NCBI RefSeq assembly: GCF_963921235.1
Contig: NC_086114.1
Coordinates: 22,196,001 to 22,260,000, forward strand
Reading direction: 5' to 3'
DNA length: 64,000 bases
Origin: Mobula hypostoma
Lineage: Eukaryota
The position numbers and the translations under genes were made by a program. Of this stretch, positions 62,940 to 64,000 are shown piece by piece (position 1 is the first letter of the stretch; each line of letters opens with the position of its first letter). The notes under the pieces were generated by a model. It ran no database searches. It saw only the letters and a list, made by a program, of their open reading frames with translations, and was not told the DNA's origin.

Positions 62940-64000
62940 AAGATGACACACCGTGGTTGACAAGGGAAGTCAAGGCCAACATAAAAGCAAAAGACAGAAC
63001 GTATAATAGAGCAAAGATAGTGGGAAGTTAGCAGATTGGGAAACTTAAAAACAAACAGAAGACAATTTTAAAAGTCACATGGGGGGAAAAGATGAAATAT
63101 GAAGGTAGCCAACAATATCGAAGAAGATACCAAAAGTTTTTTTTCAGATATATATAAGAGAAAAACAGAGGCGAGAGCAGATATTGGACCGCTGGAAAAT
63201 GATACTGAAGAGGTAGTAACGGGAGACAAGGAAGTGGCAGATGAATTGAATAAGTATTTTGCATCAATTTTCATTATGGAAAACACTACCAGTATGCCGG
63301 AAGTTTGAGAGGTCGGGGGGCAGAAGTGAGTGCAGTTGTGATTACCTGGGAGAAGGTGCTTTGAAAGGTCTGAAGGTAGATAAGTTACCTGGACCAAATG
63401 GACTACACCCCAGGTTTCTGAAAGAGGTTGCTCAAGAGATTGTGGAGGCATTAGTAATGCCCTTTCAAGAATCACTAGATTCTGGAATGGTTCTGGAGGA
63501 GTACAAATTTGCAAATATCACTCCACTCTTCAAGAAGAGAGAAAGGCAGAAGAAAGTAAATTCTAGGCCAGTTAGCCTGACTTCAGTGGTTGGAAAGATG
63601 TTGGAGTCAATTGTTAAGCATGTGCTTTCAGGGTACTTGACGGCACATGGTTAAATAGGGCAAAGTTAGTATGGTTTCCATGAGGGAAAATCTTGCCTGA
63701 CGAATTTGTTTGAATTCTTTGAGGAAATAACAATCAGAATAGATGAAGGAGAATCAGTGGATGTGTGTATTTAAGATTTTCAGAAGGTCTTTGCCAAGGT
63801 GCTACACATGAGGCTGCTTAGCAAGGTAAGAGCCCATGGTATGACAGGCAAGATTCTAACATGGATAGAGCATTGGCCAGTTGGCAGGAGGTAAAGAGTG
63901 GGAATAAAGGGAGCCTTTCTGATTGGCTGCAGGTGACAAGTGATGTTCCACAGGGGTCGGTACTGGGTCCCACTCCCTACATTGTATGTTAATATTTTGG
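62940..64000 (+). mobile_element. CR1 ORF2 (RT) fragment running off the window end
   Basis: LKVDKLPGPNGLHPRFLKE, ANITPLFKK, RPVSLTSVVGKMLESI, GVPQGS-like tgatgttccacaggggtcgg. Confidence 0.9.

Overview
Vertebrate genomic DNA, most likely from a cartilaginous fish (inferred from the repeat mix: HE1/V-SINEs, CR1, Rex/Babar, Penelope-like, RTE, Tx1, Tc1/mariner and a Gypsy-type solo LTR). Only one host protein-coding gene is supported: a two-coding-exon ddit4 (REDD1/RTP801 family, 214 aa) on the + strand at 58582-59676. It has a CpG-rich TATA/CCAAT/GC-box/HRE promoter and a 3' UTR ending near 60062-60124. The upstream ~57 kb is a heavily nested transposon landscape with a few TE-poor islands that look like enhancers. 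The best signals are: (1) a minimal, dimer-type hammerhead ribozyme in a young Penelope-like insertion with a perfect 13-bp TSD, plus at least 8 decayed copies in short derived repeats; (2) a duplicated antisense exon candidate just 3' of ddit4 with a 31-nt identical core over its splice donor; (3) an overlapping uORF and miR-29/Pumilio sites on ddit4; (4) a fold-back mariner element with five TIR copies. TE boundaries are read by eye and approximate unless a TSD or TIR is quoted.
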